From assembly GCA_000320545.1 (NCBI GenBank), contig ADNK01001596.1, positions 62,001 to 126,000 on the forward strand: DNA of 64,000 bases, read 5' to 3'. The position numbers and the translations under genes are program-made. Origin of the DNA: Bigelowiella natans CCMP2755 (Eukaryota > Protista > Cercozoa). Positions 44,640 to 57,600 of this stretch are shown piece by piece (the first letter of the stretch is position 1; each line of letters starts with the position of its first letter). The notes under the pieces were generated by a model. The model did not search any database and was not told where the DNA came from. It was given only the letters and a program-made list of their open reading frames with translations.

Positions 44640-46443
44640 TTATATCGTTACTTCTTCATCCTCGTGTGTACTTTCATAAAGATCTCTATAAGTTCCCCTC
44701 TCTATTTTCCCAAGTCTTAAGTCACCCCCGTCATTCTGTTCTTCTTTTTCAATTTTATTGTCTGCCTCTACTTTATCCCAACTTTTACGTACGCATCCAA
44801 AAAGCACGAGAAGAAGAAAGACTACATGGAAACTGAACCAAATTGTTAAAAAGGCTGAGAAGCAACCTCGGTCGACTCTTTGTGAAAGCTCTTCACTTGT
44901 TGCATCTCTCACGACAACACTTTCAACGGCGACAAATGCAAGAACCAGATTTGTATTGAGAATGTACACATCAACAAATGTTAAGTAGGAAATCAAAGGA
45001 ATGTGGTCTGAGACTGCAAACTTAAAGGCGACCGAAGTAAGAAGCAGAGCAACAACTAAGTTTATGCGGTCGGCTATATTTTCTGGATCAATCAGGAAAG
45101 CAGTAGAAGCCAAGGTTGTTATAACAAACAACGGTAGTATCACGTTGAGAAAGTAATAAAAAGTAAGTCTCTGAACTCTAGCTTTGAAAACTAGCTTTCC
45201 GTTGTCTCCAGAAATGTCCATTAAAGAATGCAACATTTGAAATTCAGAACTTACTCTGGGACGGAGTTTTATGTCAATACATCTTCTTGAAACATGTTTT
45301 GAGAGCTTCCATCTCCTCGGTGGTGCTGGTATAAATTGATAGTCTCCACTATTAACTAGGATGAAAATATGTAAAAGTTGGCGATCAAATGGAAACCTAT
45401 GAAGTTCCATCTGCTCCTCTAATGTGCCGTGGTGTTTGTAATGAACATGGACTATCCCAGTAACCGGATTGAAGAACTCTTCGCGTTCAACAAAGGTTAC
45501 AGAACCTTCTAAAGCGTTACCAAACAGTTTTTCGGGATCTACGGGTAGTGAGGAGTCTTCTGGGAATACAATAGGAAAATCGCCTAGGACATTGTCGTTC
45601 TTTGATTTCAATTTGACCTTCTTCTCCCGTATCAAATTTGGCTCATGCCAGAAAATACTTGTCTGGCAAGAAATATTAAAATTCTCGTTCTGGCAACTTA
45701 TTTGGCTTACCTCTACCTCGAACGTTAAGTACGCATTTGCTCGCTGTGTTACTTTGATGCCAGCCTTTTTCATTCCTTTCAAAATACTTTCAAACTCCTT
45801 GCAGCGTACCTTTGGATCTCGATCTGCATCTTCCACGAAATAGTGATGTGTCCCATCACTGAGAGTGTCGCGAAAATTGTCGTATTCCTTAATTGGTCTC
45901 GATTTACCACCTGCATTATTAAGATTATTCCGGAAGGTTATCTATGTTTGCTGGCATATGCAAGTTTAATGTTAAACCCCTTATATTGTGTTGCTTTTCT
46001 TAGTAATATTACGTACCTTCTAAGATCTTTCTGATATCATCCGGAAGTTTGCTCTCATTTGTGTTGACAGGATCCCAGTGGAGATAGAAATTAGAGTCTG
46101 CATTATTATATTCTATTCTCCAACATTGAACTCGAATTCCAAGGTCTAATTCGCCTCTACTGTTGGTAATGCTTCCTATATCTTCATCTCTAGTAAAAAG
46201 AATGCTTTCCAGTCGACGTAAATGGCCAAAATTTTTAATTCCAAGGCTTCGAAGATCCTCTCGATTCATGAACGCTAGATCTTTCCCGGATACATCATTT
46301 TCCCTATCATTTTATTCATCGTACTCATGGTAACCCCCACACAAATTTCAATACACATGTCACCTAAATTTCTTGTCATAGTCTTCCTTTGGAAATTGTT
46401 GCTTTATTAAATTGGACACATCCAAACAACTCATTTGCTTCAT
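44640..46443 (-). CDS. Cys-less pentameric ligand-gated ion channel with N-terminal SAM domain
   Basis: Pro-loop MELHRFPFDRQ, M1 YYFLNVILP, M2 DRINLVVALLLTSVAF, M2-M3 IPLISYLTFVD and an M4 segment. Upstream exons give YDKKFRENDVSGKDLAFMNREDLRSLGIKNFGHLRRL (SAM). Confidence 0.85.
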
Positions 46444-46809
46444 AATTTTCTGTTTACTCTCTGCTTTCTTCTACTTACTATCATCTTTAGACAAAGGCAG
46501 TACACTCTTCGTTCTGTTAAACTCTATGACATCGCGCCTGCTCTGCTGCCGTCCCTAGGCGACCAGGCTGCATTAGTGCGCCACGTACATCAAGGAACCA
46601 AGATACGATATGAAGTTAAATTGAAGCTGAAACGCATGGCGATAGATCCCTGCGACGATCATAAAGCAACCGAATTTAGGGAAAACCCCCTGTTGTTCTT
46701 GTTCTTTGAGCTGCGTATCTATCCTCGTCGTTTTCTACGGCCTTTGCTTTGCACGCGCCGTTCCCGCCATTTCCGGACTGGCCGTCTCTTGCCCCGTGAC
46801 CCTCGATTT

Positions 46810-47317
46810 ATGTCCGCGACCGCTAATTCGAAGTTTAGGCCCATGGAGGGCGGCGCAGGTAGGATTTTAAATTGATGCGAGACTGTAATGGGCTTCCGAT
46901 GATGTATTTTGCATGCGCTTGTGATGTTTGAATTTCATCAAAAAATAGAGAACATAGGTAGTCTGAACACTCGTTTGATTTAGCATTTATGTAATAGATG
47001 TAATCTCAACTACTACGACGTGGAGCTTAGCAACAGTCTCAGAATTATTAAGCGATTGGCCAGAGAATCGATCAATGTACCTGGAGGCTGTAGATAGGGA
47101 TGATGAAATGGGTATTGATGAACAGCTTGAAAGTGAGACGAGCTCGTCCACAATAGAATCAACTTCAGATGAAGATCAATATTCTGATGGTGATCTGAGC
47201 GAGCTATATATAGCCTCCAAAATTCTTGCACGAGGTGTAATCCTTCAAAGCTACGAAAATTCTCCACAAAGTTGTTTCGCGTCAAAGGAAAGTTGTCAAA
47301 TGTGCGTTGTCTCCTAA
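46810..47317 (+). CDS. Small acidic protein ending in a CaaX motif (CVVS)
   Basis: Exon 46810/46843-46858 (G|GTAGG) joins in phase with exon 47031-47317 (TAG|CA). Ends ESCQMCVVS*. Confidence 0.55.
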
Positions 47318-47679
47318 GTTTAGACATAGTGGTGGAATTTAAAGTTGAGAACCCATTCAAATGATTTACAAAGTATACATATTTTTACACCATTGTAGAA
47401 ATTGAAACCTTGATCGATAGAAGAATTATCTTATCGATCGTAAGAAGGGCAAAACTAGTTCAATTTTCAGTTAAAAAGTGTTTATTAGGCTACAGTACAA
47501 AAGTGAACTATAACAGAGGTTTATCTATTTGGTATTGTTGGATTAAATTCTAATTGGTGATACAAGCGGTTGGTGATTAATAAGAGCAGCTTGATAGTAT
47601 CAGCAATGCAACAGCTCACCCTCTAAACTAAATTAAATATAAATTGTGATAGTGTAAATACCAACAAGTGATAATTCGT

Positions 47680-48010
47680 CAGTCACTAGCTGTCACATCT
47701 AGACATGCAAAATGTGTGCTGTAATATCAACGCTCATTAGTAGACATTCTATTGTTGTCAAATGCCTAGAACATCTAGACATGTATAGATATGTAAATTT
47801 GTATAAATTTTGGCTGCGAATTAGCGCTATCTAGCTATGCGTTGTGCTGAATGAAGACAACTCTAAAATTACTGCACATCCGAGACATCTGGACATCTTG
47901 ACATCTGCGATGCCTACATACTCGTACAGTGCATACTAGACACATCTAGCTACACACTTACAAAGATACATTACGAGGCGCCACATTTTTCTCAATGCAT
48001 TTCGGCTGCG
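47680..48010. other. Convergent CTAG-rich spacer
   Basis: ACATCTAGACAT at 47695 and 47771, and ACATCTGGACAT at 47885. Confidence 0.7.
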
Positions 48011-48167
48011 CGAATTGACGCAGCCAGCCGCCACCAGCGCAATGAAATCATCTTTCCCGAACACAACACTAAATTTTTGATTTACACGTTTGACACACAT
48101 TTATAAGTTTCCGTACATTTTTAACATGTGCGCGAATTTCACTTCATCTGTACCTGTATCTTTGGGT

Positions 48168-49757
48168 TTAACCGCAACATCCAACAGCCTCGACATGACT
48201 CTCTGCAGGAGAAGAATTCCTGGAAACAACATCTCGGCTAGTGAGTTTTGGAGACTTAATTATGGTTGTAGCTATTCCGGACTCGAGGTTAAAGTCCAGA
48301 TTATGTGAAACTAGAATAGGTCTCAGATTGAGACTTGGCTTCCAATGAATCTGTGCCGTGATCTCGAATGTCCCCCATCCTATTCGCGAGAGCTCGAAGT
48401 TTTTGGACTCTGCTGCAGAGACTGTGACTTTGTTGGGTGAGAATGTAGGGTGGAGGAAGTATGTGACTTTATCTGCCACTTGGTTAAGCTTCGCTTCGCC
48501 TGCAGCCGATTTAAGAAAGAGCGTCCATTTGAAGTTAGAGTTTCCAGCCCTTGACACGGTGTTGCCAAAGCGGATTCCGGACTTGAGAATAGCAATAGCA
48601 GCTTTTTCTTCAGTAGTTTGCTGTGCTTCCTTTCTCTTCTTTTTTGCCGCCTCCTCAACAGCCTCTTGGCGTGCTTTCGCCTCTGCTTTGAGCTTCTTGT
48701 TGGAGTCCTCCAAGCGTTTCGCAGCCTGAACGTAGTAAGAACTAACGTATTTCGGGATCTTATGGATGGGGACAGAATCTCTTGGTATCCACACAGGCAC
48801 AGGATCTATTGAAATGCCAAGCTGCTCCATAAGAGCCTCGAATACGGGATCTGTCTTACCCCATATGCGCAGGTCGCATTTCCTATCGTCCGGTGTCTGT
48901 TGGAGGTTGATAATGACGGTTCTCTTTGCGAGAAAGGGGAAGTGGGTAATATGGCGTAGCGACATCGAGGTCCCCGCAACGATAACAAGGTCCGCCTTCC
49001 TACAATGCTTGTCAGCCTCGTTCCAATCCATATCGTCCAGGCACTCGCCGAAGTTGATGTGAGTGTCCTTCGTACCTACCCGCTCGTCGCGTGTACCGAT
49101 CAGGTGGTTGTCCCTGTAGTCTCCATCAGATCCCGTGTTATTAGAGATGGGGCGTCCAGTGTATGAGGAAGGCGGCTTGCTTTTGCACCTTTGGCACTGG
49201 CCAATGTGGTGATCATGCACATGAATTCGCGAGCGTCGGGTGTAGTAGTTGCGTTCGAAGTCATAGCCGCAGCCTGTGCACCTCTCAGCATAAACGCTAC
49301 CGTGAAGGTTGCAAATTTGTGTATGTGCCTTCAGGCCCGACTTTCTATGAATTCCATCAAGGTTTGTTGTCACAATGTAATGCGCGATCTTCTTACGAAT
49401 GAGTGTGGACATAGCCATGTGGGTGGGAGTCGGTCGCGCGTCGATCATCGGGACGGACTTTTGTTTGCCTTTCTTCTCACTTTCTGCAAGAAGTTTATTA
49501 AGCTCAGCCCTATCCTTCGGCGAAATGACGTTCCGTGCCTTGAGTCTTTGAAGCTCGCGAATGCGACTCATCGTCCAAGCCCCAGTGGGCCCACGGTAAT
49601 CTCCAATTCCTGCTGAAGTTGATACTCCAGCCCCCGTGTAAAAGACAGTGTATTTGGATTTGCGAACCCAGTTCGCAAGTGTCTTGATCTTGGCCTCTTG
49701 AGAGGATGATTGTTCCTGGATCTCTTGGATCCTGTCTGCATCTACTGTTGATGCCAT
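48168..49757 (-). CDS. Class IV (SIRT6/7-like) sirtuin fused to a C-terminal YEATS domain (single exon)
   Basis: Sirtuin motifs TGAGVSTSAGIGDYRGPTGAWT, PTPTHMA, NLHG, CxxC...CxxC, GTSM and INLQQTPDD. YEATS motifs GN...WTLFL...KVTYFLHPTF...FELSRIGWGTFEI. Confidence 0.92.
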   Translation of the reverse strand: MASTVDADRIQEIQEQSSSQEAKIKTLANWVRKSKYTVFYTGAGVSTSAGIGDYRGPTGAWTMSRIRELQRLKARNVISPKDRAELNKLLAESEKKGKQKSVPMIDARPTPTHMAMSTLIRKKIAHYIVTTNLDGIHRKSGLKAHTQICNLHGSVYAERCTGCGYDFERNYYTRRSRIHVHDHHIGQCQRCKSKPPSSYTGRPISNNTGSDGDYRDNHLIGTRDERVGTKDTHINFGECLDDMDWNEADKHCRKADLVIVAGTSMSLRHITHFPFLAKRTVIINLQQTPDDRKCDLRIWGKTDPVFEALMEQLGISIDPVPVWIPRDSVPIHKIPKYVSSYYVQAAKRLEDSNKKLKAEAKARQEAVEEAAKKKRKEAQQTTEEKAAIAILKSGIRFGNTVSRAGNSNFKWTLFLKSAAGEAKLNQVADKVTYFLHPTFSPNKVTVSAAESKNFELSRIGWGTFEITAQIHWKPSLNLRPILVSHNLDFNLESGIATTIIKSPKLTSRDVVSRNSSPAESHVEAVGCCG

Positions 49758-50286
49758 GGTTGCGTTTGGTTTTTGATACGAGTAGCTTTTGGTTCTTGTC
49801 AGGTAGTTGTCTCTCCTCGGACCAGATTTGTTCAACGTCATGTCATTTTTTAGCAAGAAACAATCGATGATCATTGTCGCATGTAAGGATACCAGCCAAT
49901 TTCACTACTCTAAGATAGGCTTCGACCTCTCCAGGAAATTTCTGAGAGGAGAAATATCTGTTTTGTTCCTACGACATGATTATCATCTTGTCGCTTGGTC
50001 TCCAAATCCTTACATTAGATTTTTCCTTCTCCTCCTTCCCCGTCATAATTCCATGGGCTGGGAATGTTCCCAAAATGTCGTCACAAACTGGATTGCATTC
50101 GGTCCCATTTTGTGGGCAAACGCGATGTCGCAATTTCAAAAAGCAGGGAAGATATTAGTTAGAGACTAAAGGAGAAATTTTTGAAAACCCCCTTGAACTT
50201 CTTGCATTCCCCGGCGATAGTCTTTGTCGTAGGTGATGTGACGAAAGATCGATCTTCTGTCGACGTCTCCTGCATCCATCCACCCA

Positions 50287-51358
50287 ATGGAGGGTCGTCG
50301 AGCCACATTTGTGTCGCAAACTCCAGCAGTTTTAAGTGGCGTGGCATTTGGTCTGGCCACAGCATGTGGAGGACTCATGGCGCTTGGGCTTTACTTGGGG
50401 CGAAAGAAGGTGATAGAACTAAAAGGTCTGATTCCCCATCCTGAAGGACATGCTTCTACCTAGGTGGAGGATCTTGAAAAACAATCGAGGCAAACAAAGA
50501 GTGTGATTGACACTTTAAAAGGTAGAGAAGAGCTCGCTGATGGGAGAGGAAATTTTCCAATGGAAGTCGGTGCATTCGGATTTACTGAGTCAGGATCTTT
50601 ATAAATCAGGAGAAATTGAGGCAATGAGGAGTATCATGAAGGCCCCGCCACTTTCACACACCTCTAGCTCTCTCACCCCGGCTTCTATTTCGTAGGAATA
50701 ATTACAGAGTTTCAGAATAAAGCAACACTCGTCACACACACCCGATGTGCATGGCATGAATCAATGAACTTATTCACGCAGGTTAGGCATGGACTTCAAA
50801 CAGTCAAATGCTAATCCCAGCTTACCCTCCTCCAGCTCCTCTACAAGGGTACGATGCCCAAAAGCAATTTCGATGAAATTTCCCTGGTATGAAGTAGAAA
50901 ACTTAGCCAAATATATAATGTACGCATAACACTAGGTGTGGCGATTAGTCCTTACTGGAGGGCCCTGTGCAGGTGAGAGATATGATGGACGATGATAACA
51001 ATTATATACAAACAATGGCAATGATGATGATGATGGGGGTGGTGGTAGTGTCAGTGGTCTTGATGAAGGCACAAAATTTGGGGTGAATTGCTTTTTTGCA
51101 ACACCCGCAACACTTGTGGTGTGCTTTCATCAGCAGATGCCGCATCTTTCATGGCAAACGTATGGCAATATAGCAATAGATGTCACATCGTGTATTAGGC
51201 CTCAGTAAGTAAAACCATCGTCGATGGACACTAAAAGCGATTTTACTTTGTGCTTTCTCCAGGAAAATCAACCGCTTTAGCTCGTGTGAAGAGCTTCTTA
51301 CAAAGCAGAGGGTTGGGGATCATTCGCACGCCAAACGCCCCTAGTGTTCTTCCTCCTC

Positions 51359-51393
<35 letters not shown>

Positions 51394-51745
51394 CTAACTC
51401 CTCCTCATCATGGTTAGGTACTTTGTGGCTACGGTGTCTGAAGCTGCGACATTCCTTCATAACAACGGTTGGCAATGTGGCATGTTCCTCGTGCACACAC
51501 ACGCGCGCGCGCGCACGCGCAGACACACACACACAGCAAAAACTGAAAAACAAGCTGGTTTAGTGAAATGATGCAGCAATCTCTCCCTTTTGTTAGGCGT
51601 CAGCTTCTATCCAAAATCCCCCGATATGTTCCAAAAGTGTGTCACTACGATGCAGCGGGTACTACTAAAGATGATAAGGAGTGCAATGTCGACTACGAGC
51701 AGAGTCGCTGATACATCAACAACATTTATATTCAATTAAAATATA

Positions 51746-51783
<38 letters not shown>

Positions 51784-51909
51784 ATATATTATTGATAGAT
51801 GTGTAAAGTATATATACAATTATATGAGTATGTGTGTGCACTAAGAAAGTCCCCTTGATTTGTTCTTTGGGTTAGGACCACGAGAGGAGAATCTTTAAGT
51901 CGCACCAAC

Positions 51910-51948
<39 letters not shown>

Positions 51949-52032
51949 ACGCATACACTCACACACAAGTGAATAAAAATGCACAGAAATATGAGCACAT
52001 GTAAACAATACTTTTTAAGAAATATAATGTAT

Positions 52033-52067
<35 letters not shown>

Positions 52068-52112
52068 TTACGTACAAAATCGCGAATAATAGCTCTCACA
52101 CTTCTGAAATTT

Positions 52113-52148
<36 letters not shown>

Positions 52149-52223
52149 TATTTGGTCGATGACAGCTATTGCCAGGAAATGGCTGTTAGAGAGAACATCC
52201 AGGTAGTAGGTTGATATGTAAAC

Positions 52224-52260
<37 letters not shown>

Positions 52261-52403
52261 AGATTTTTCCTTTCAAAGGGCAAAAAGAGGCACTAGAGCA
52301 GTCATTCTTGAATGTCCGTAATTTGCCATGACACTGCTGTCTAATGGCTCGATTCTACCATAGGCTGTTATGCTCTTTGATCGAGGAATTCAGGTAGAAG
52401 ACA

Positions 52404-52434
<31 letters not shown>

Positions 52435-52632
52435 GAAGGAGAAGCGGGAGAAGTAGAAATCTGCAGGAAAGAAAGACATTCACACCCGCTCCCTCCTTTC
52501 TCCCCCCCTCTCAGGATGGACGCAGTTACTATGATGAAAAGGGTTGGCAGACTGTGCTGGGGAAAATTGGCTTTCCCACCGATATCGTGAGTCGTCGCCG
52601 CGAGAGGGAGAGCGCGAGGGAAGCAGATATAT

Positions 52633-52682
<50 letters not shown>

Positions 52683-53431
52683 GCTGAGGAATGAGAAGAT
52701 AGCTGAGGTACCTACAATATCAACAACTAGGGCTGTCCGAACCTGATGAACCCCAAGTTGATAGGAGAGCAGTAGCAAGCACCACCTCAGTACATGTAGA
52801 TAGTAGCTGTGCTTATGCTTAATTCTCGTCGTTACAGCAACCGATTCTGATCTATACACTCCTCTATATCACTCCTCTTCCTTCCTTCGCTCTTCTTCCT
52901 CTTCTTCTTCTTCTTCTTTCCCCCACCCCCTCCCTGCTACACTTTGTTGCATGCCTTTGCGCCATATCAGGACATGATAATGAAACGATACGACGCTGTA
53001 TTCCACCTAGTTACTGCAGCTGACGGTCTGTCTATCTGCTTGTCTGCTCTGACATGAAGGAGAGAGGGGAGGGTGGGGGGGGAGATGGAGGAGATGGGGG
53101 GTTTGTATCAGCGAGAAGTCCTTTCACACATCTCAACGTGGTGCATGAGAGTGACGTTGCTTAAATAGGAGCTCAGAAGTTTTACACGAAGACAGGAGAG
53201 GATGGAAAGCAGGTAATGATGATGATGATGAGGATGATGATGATGATATCTATGTTGATCTACTCTTTCCTCTCCTATTGATGTATTGCTATCATCATCA
53301 TTGGAAATATGTAGGTGCGGCACGAAGAGCCAGATCAGGTTTGTCGTTCATTATCACACGCGCAACCATGATGTTGCTAACGATGATGAGGATGTTATTA
53401 TTGAGGATATGGCTTGGTCTAAGTCTTCTTT

Positions 53432-53466
<35 letters not shown>

Positions 53467-54330
53467 CTACAGGCTAAAGATCTCGATCGGAAGCTACAGA
53501 AAGCATGGTAGCTATCCTCTGTTGTCGTAAAGAAACCGCATTGACCCAGATTTCACCAACAAAAATATAAAGATGCCGAGAGAGAGGGGAGGGGGGGGGA
53601 TAAATAGAACTCTATTCTGGTGGATTCGAAAGAGATCTATGATCTTGGCTCTAAAGCGGTCTCTCATGCTTTCTTCATCGATCCCTATATAGGAGCTCTC
53701 ACCCTAAACACTACGTCTTCAAGAATAATGGGACTTTCGAGGACAAACTGGAGAAGATGGTAAAGATGTTAATCTTCCCTCAAGTAGTATCACCATCCCT
53801 GCCATATCAGCATCGTTGATGAGCTTGTTCACCCTTTCTCTCGATAGATTTCCTTTGAGAGTGGAAATCTTGCTCTTACTCTGTGTGTTTGCCCATGCTG
53901 TTTGGTTCCTGCTCCCATAGATCTCGCAGATGTGCAAGTTGCTTGGTATTATTCGTTGGCATGCACTCCCTCCCGCCGTCGTGTCCTTTCATGATTCTGG
54001 ACACCATTAGCTTTCCGACTCTTTTCCAACAAAAAAGAGGGGGGGGGGGGGGGAGAGAGAGAGAGAGAGAGAAAAAGAGAGAGACTACCACGCTCAAACG
54101 TTGCTCTGCTCACATGACTATTCACTATAACCATGTCTTCCGCTATTATAGGTGTACCGCACACGAAGAAAAAACCCAGAAAGTTCCTTCTGAAGTCGAT
54201 GCCAAGGGTGAGTATCCTGCACTAATTTTCACGAGGAAAGGAGGGGGGGGGGGGGGGAGAGTAAAGGTTAGGGAAATAGGGTAGAGGCATTTTAATCGGG
54301 AGGGGGAAGTTGGAGAGAGAGAAAGAGAGA

Positions 54331-54364
<34 letters not shown>

Positions 54365-54630
54365 GGGGGAGGAGGGAGAGAGAGAATAGAGGGGGCTGAA
54401 ATATACATAAATTGTTCATAATCAACACGGATAAACCCCAAAACACTGGGTGTGTGCTCGTGCACGTGTATATGTATACATCATCATCATCATTGTCGTC
54501 GTTATCGTTATCGTCGTTGTTTAGTCGTTTCCAGCTGTAGGATTGGATAACATGTCCACGGCAACTTTCACGAAGACTTATATCAAGTATATCTTTTATC
54601 TTCCTCCCCCCCTACTCTCCCTCTCTCTCG

Positions 54631-54670
<40 letters not shown>

Positions 54671-54692
54671 CACACTAGCATATAGTTGTGTG

Positions 54693-54723
<31 letters not shown>

Positions 54724-54848
54724 ATATCTCTTGCCTCCTTGTAAGGCCCCCAGAGCAGAAGAATATGAAGAACGTACAGAAGCATGATCCTCAGCCATTC
54801 ATGTTTGTCAGGGAAAGGTCAATTCTTTTGTTAGTTTCACATAGCTAT

Positions 54849-54922
<74 letters not shown>

Positions 54923-55307
54923 GCGGATTGATTAGGACGCAGCAAGCGATAGGAGATGCAACGGAAAAGCGATCTCTCAGTAAGATGAGCTATCAGCAAA
55001 GAGAGTGATGAGAAGAAAAGCAGCGCCGACACAATGAATAACAGAGCACGTTGGACATCAAAACCACGCAATCAACACAAAATGAGACGAATGAAAAGTA
55101 GCAAACACGAAGTGAATACTGCTCGTGTATTCACCATCATGTTTTCTTCCCCCCCCCCCTGCTGCTGCTTCTCTTTCTTCTTCTTCCTTTCCCCCTCCCT
55201 AAGATATTCGGTCATACATCCTCAAAACTGTCTCAACCAAGGTAGAGCTGTGTGTGTGTGTGTGTGTGTGTGTGTTGATTCTCCTTCTGATTTAATCTCT
55301 TCACTGT

Positions 55308-55357
<50 letters not shown>

Positions 55358-55473
55358 TGTGTGCTGTGTGTCAGGGCGCACAAGAGATTGAAAGCACTCG
55401 CAACCTTTCGAGAAGAGAGGTAGGCCTCGAATCACACTAAATCTGATTACTCATTATAATGCGATTAAGTCAC

Positions 55474-55511
<38 letters not shown>

Positions 55512-55893
55512 GTGTGTGTGTGTATGTGTGTGTGTGTGTGTGTGTATAAAACAATACACTAGCAATGCCCAATAGCATTTATTGGATGTACTGATAAATA
55601 ACACTCATTCTTTTTCTCCCCCCCCCTCCCTGTCTCCCCTTGGTTCCACCATTTTGCTGCTGCTGGGCACTCTCAATCATCATCATCATCGGTCTCATCA
55701 TCGTCATCGGCAGTACGAGGACTATTTGCGCTTTGAAGACCCGGAGAGATTCCGAATCAAACAGCGACGTATTCATTGCTCATGCACACACGCTGCAGCA
55801 CTACTGCATGTTGTCCGCTAATATTATAGCCTACTGACGTAAGCATTCTTTTAGGTGTGCAATTCTCGTATAAAGATCAGTTTTATGAGGTTT

Positions 55894-55933
<40 letters not shown>

Positions 55934-56009
55934 TTTACTTTTACCAGCATGTGCATGCACACTCTCGCTCGTGCGCTCGCATATGATGTGTAGATATCTG
56001 ACCTCGTGA

Positions 56010-56047
<38 letters not shown>

Positions 56048-56205
56048 TGTGAGTGTGGTTTTCATCTTCACCTCCTGATTTCCACCACCAAACATGCTAC
56101 AGATTGTAGAGTATTTGGAACCGAAGAGGATTCCACCGCTGTTGCTACTCAATGTGCATCAGGTCACAAATAAGGAGTCAGCCTCTCTTCTTCTTCCTCT
56201 TCTCT

Positions 56206-56248
<43 letters not shown>

Positions 56249-56727
56249 TGTGTGTGTTTGTGGTACTTGCCACTAACTCCACATACACTGAATAAATGGT
56301 TCAGAATAAGGACGAAAAGCTCGCTATCGTCGATATCCCCGACTTTCTGTCCGTGAAAGGTGCGTTGTGCTATGCTTGCTGCGCTCCACTTCGCATCATA
56401 TCCAAACCAAGCTTTCTGCTAAATCCATACACGTCTCTTTTGCGCCTCTGGTTGTGTTGTTATTTCTATTCGTAATGTGTTGTCCGCCATCAACTCGCAG
56501 AGGACGTCACGTTGCAGTCCACGTACTCAGCGCACATGATTTCGAAGAGAAACCTGCAAGATACCTCGGTACTCTACCTTGACACATTTCCATCCATCCT
56601 GCCAAACGATATTTATCACAACGCTCAAAAGAGCAATACATAATTATTATAATAAAACACAATAGAAGCAAAGCTGCACACCACAAATATTCTCACCGAC
56701 TTAACAGGGAATAATAACATAATATTC

Positions 56728-56804
<77 letters not shown>

Positions 56805-56885
56805 CACCTATATTGTAAATTTTATAATATTTAGTTGCATACATTTTGCTTTTGTGTTATTGTTTGGTTGTTTGTGATACAATAT

Positions 56886-56923
<38 letters not shown>

Positions 56924-56977
56924 ATTAATTGACAGCCTATGATTCCACCACTCGCTCGATCGATGACCGCCTCATGA
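50287..56977 (+). CDS. TTD14-like protein: N-terminal membrane anchor + NadR/Ttd14 P-loop (AAA_28) + CYTH-like domain, about 30 short exons
   Basis: Manual splicing yields VWRLVLTGGPCAG|KSTALARVK, YFVATVSEAATFL, AVMLFDRGIQ|DGRSY, RYDAVFHLVTAADG|AQKFY, AW|SSHPKHYVFKN, RKFLLK, RNLSRRE|YEDYL, FSYKDQFYE and IPDFLSVK|EDVT...YSAH. Confidence 0.88.
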
Positions 56978-56979
56978 TC

Positions 56980-57600
56980 CCTGCAAATATGCAGCATACA
57001 CTACGATAGATGCACTGCATAGATTTGAGATGGGAAATCGTATGAATCGATACTGTTTTTCTGTGTATCATCTTCTTGTTATTCGAGTCGACTACGAGGT
57101 GACAGTAGGCCTGTTGCGCGAGCAACACCCGTCGCCTCGAAATGGCATGTTTGCTGCATGTAATCCATTACGAGTACGTGAGTGAATCTATCTGCTGCTG
57201 AAAGTGCACTGCACTCATATACGCGCGCACGTTTTGCGCCATGACGACATGCAAAGTACACCTGTGACTCACATGAAATCGCGATGCGATCATCACGTTG
57301 CGTACATGAACTAGCGCTGTAAAAACGCCACTGATGTAATCGAGACAAAGAGAACACAACAGTATTAATAATTCTGCTGCTCATATCCGCGCCTGCATAT
57401 TTCTTTGTTTTTTTTATTGCAATCTATCTAGCTCTAGAGCTATCTGCACCTTATTACACATGCTAACAGCTAACAGGCTCACTCGAGAGGCGTACATCAT
57501 TGCCTATTGCATGCACGAATTCAGATGTTGGCTCTACTTGCTACTACATGTTTGCATATAACATACAATCAGAGCCTCATGCATGCATGATGGCTGTACA
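56980..57600. other. Convergent CATG/CTAG-rich spacer
   Basis: TCTAGCTCTAGAGC, GCATGCATG and TGCACTGCA words. Confidence 0.6.

Noticed and set aside
52275-52310. Possible extra TTD14 exon RAKRGTRAVIL with a non-GT donor
   Set aside because: Flanking exons already join in phase with canonical sites (ENIQ|AVMLFDRG).
50900-56900. Many short ORFs with CVCV, SLSL, YIYI and HTHT runs here and throughout the window
   Set aside because: Translations of intronic dinucleotide microsatellites.
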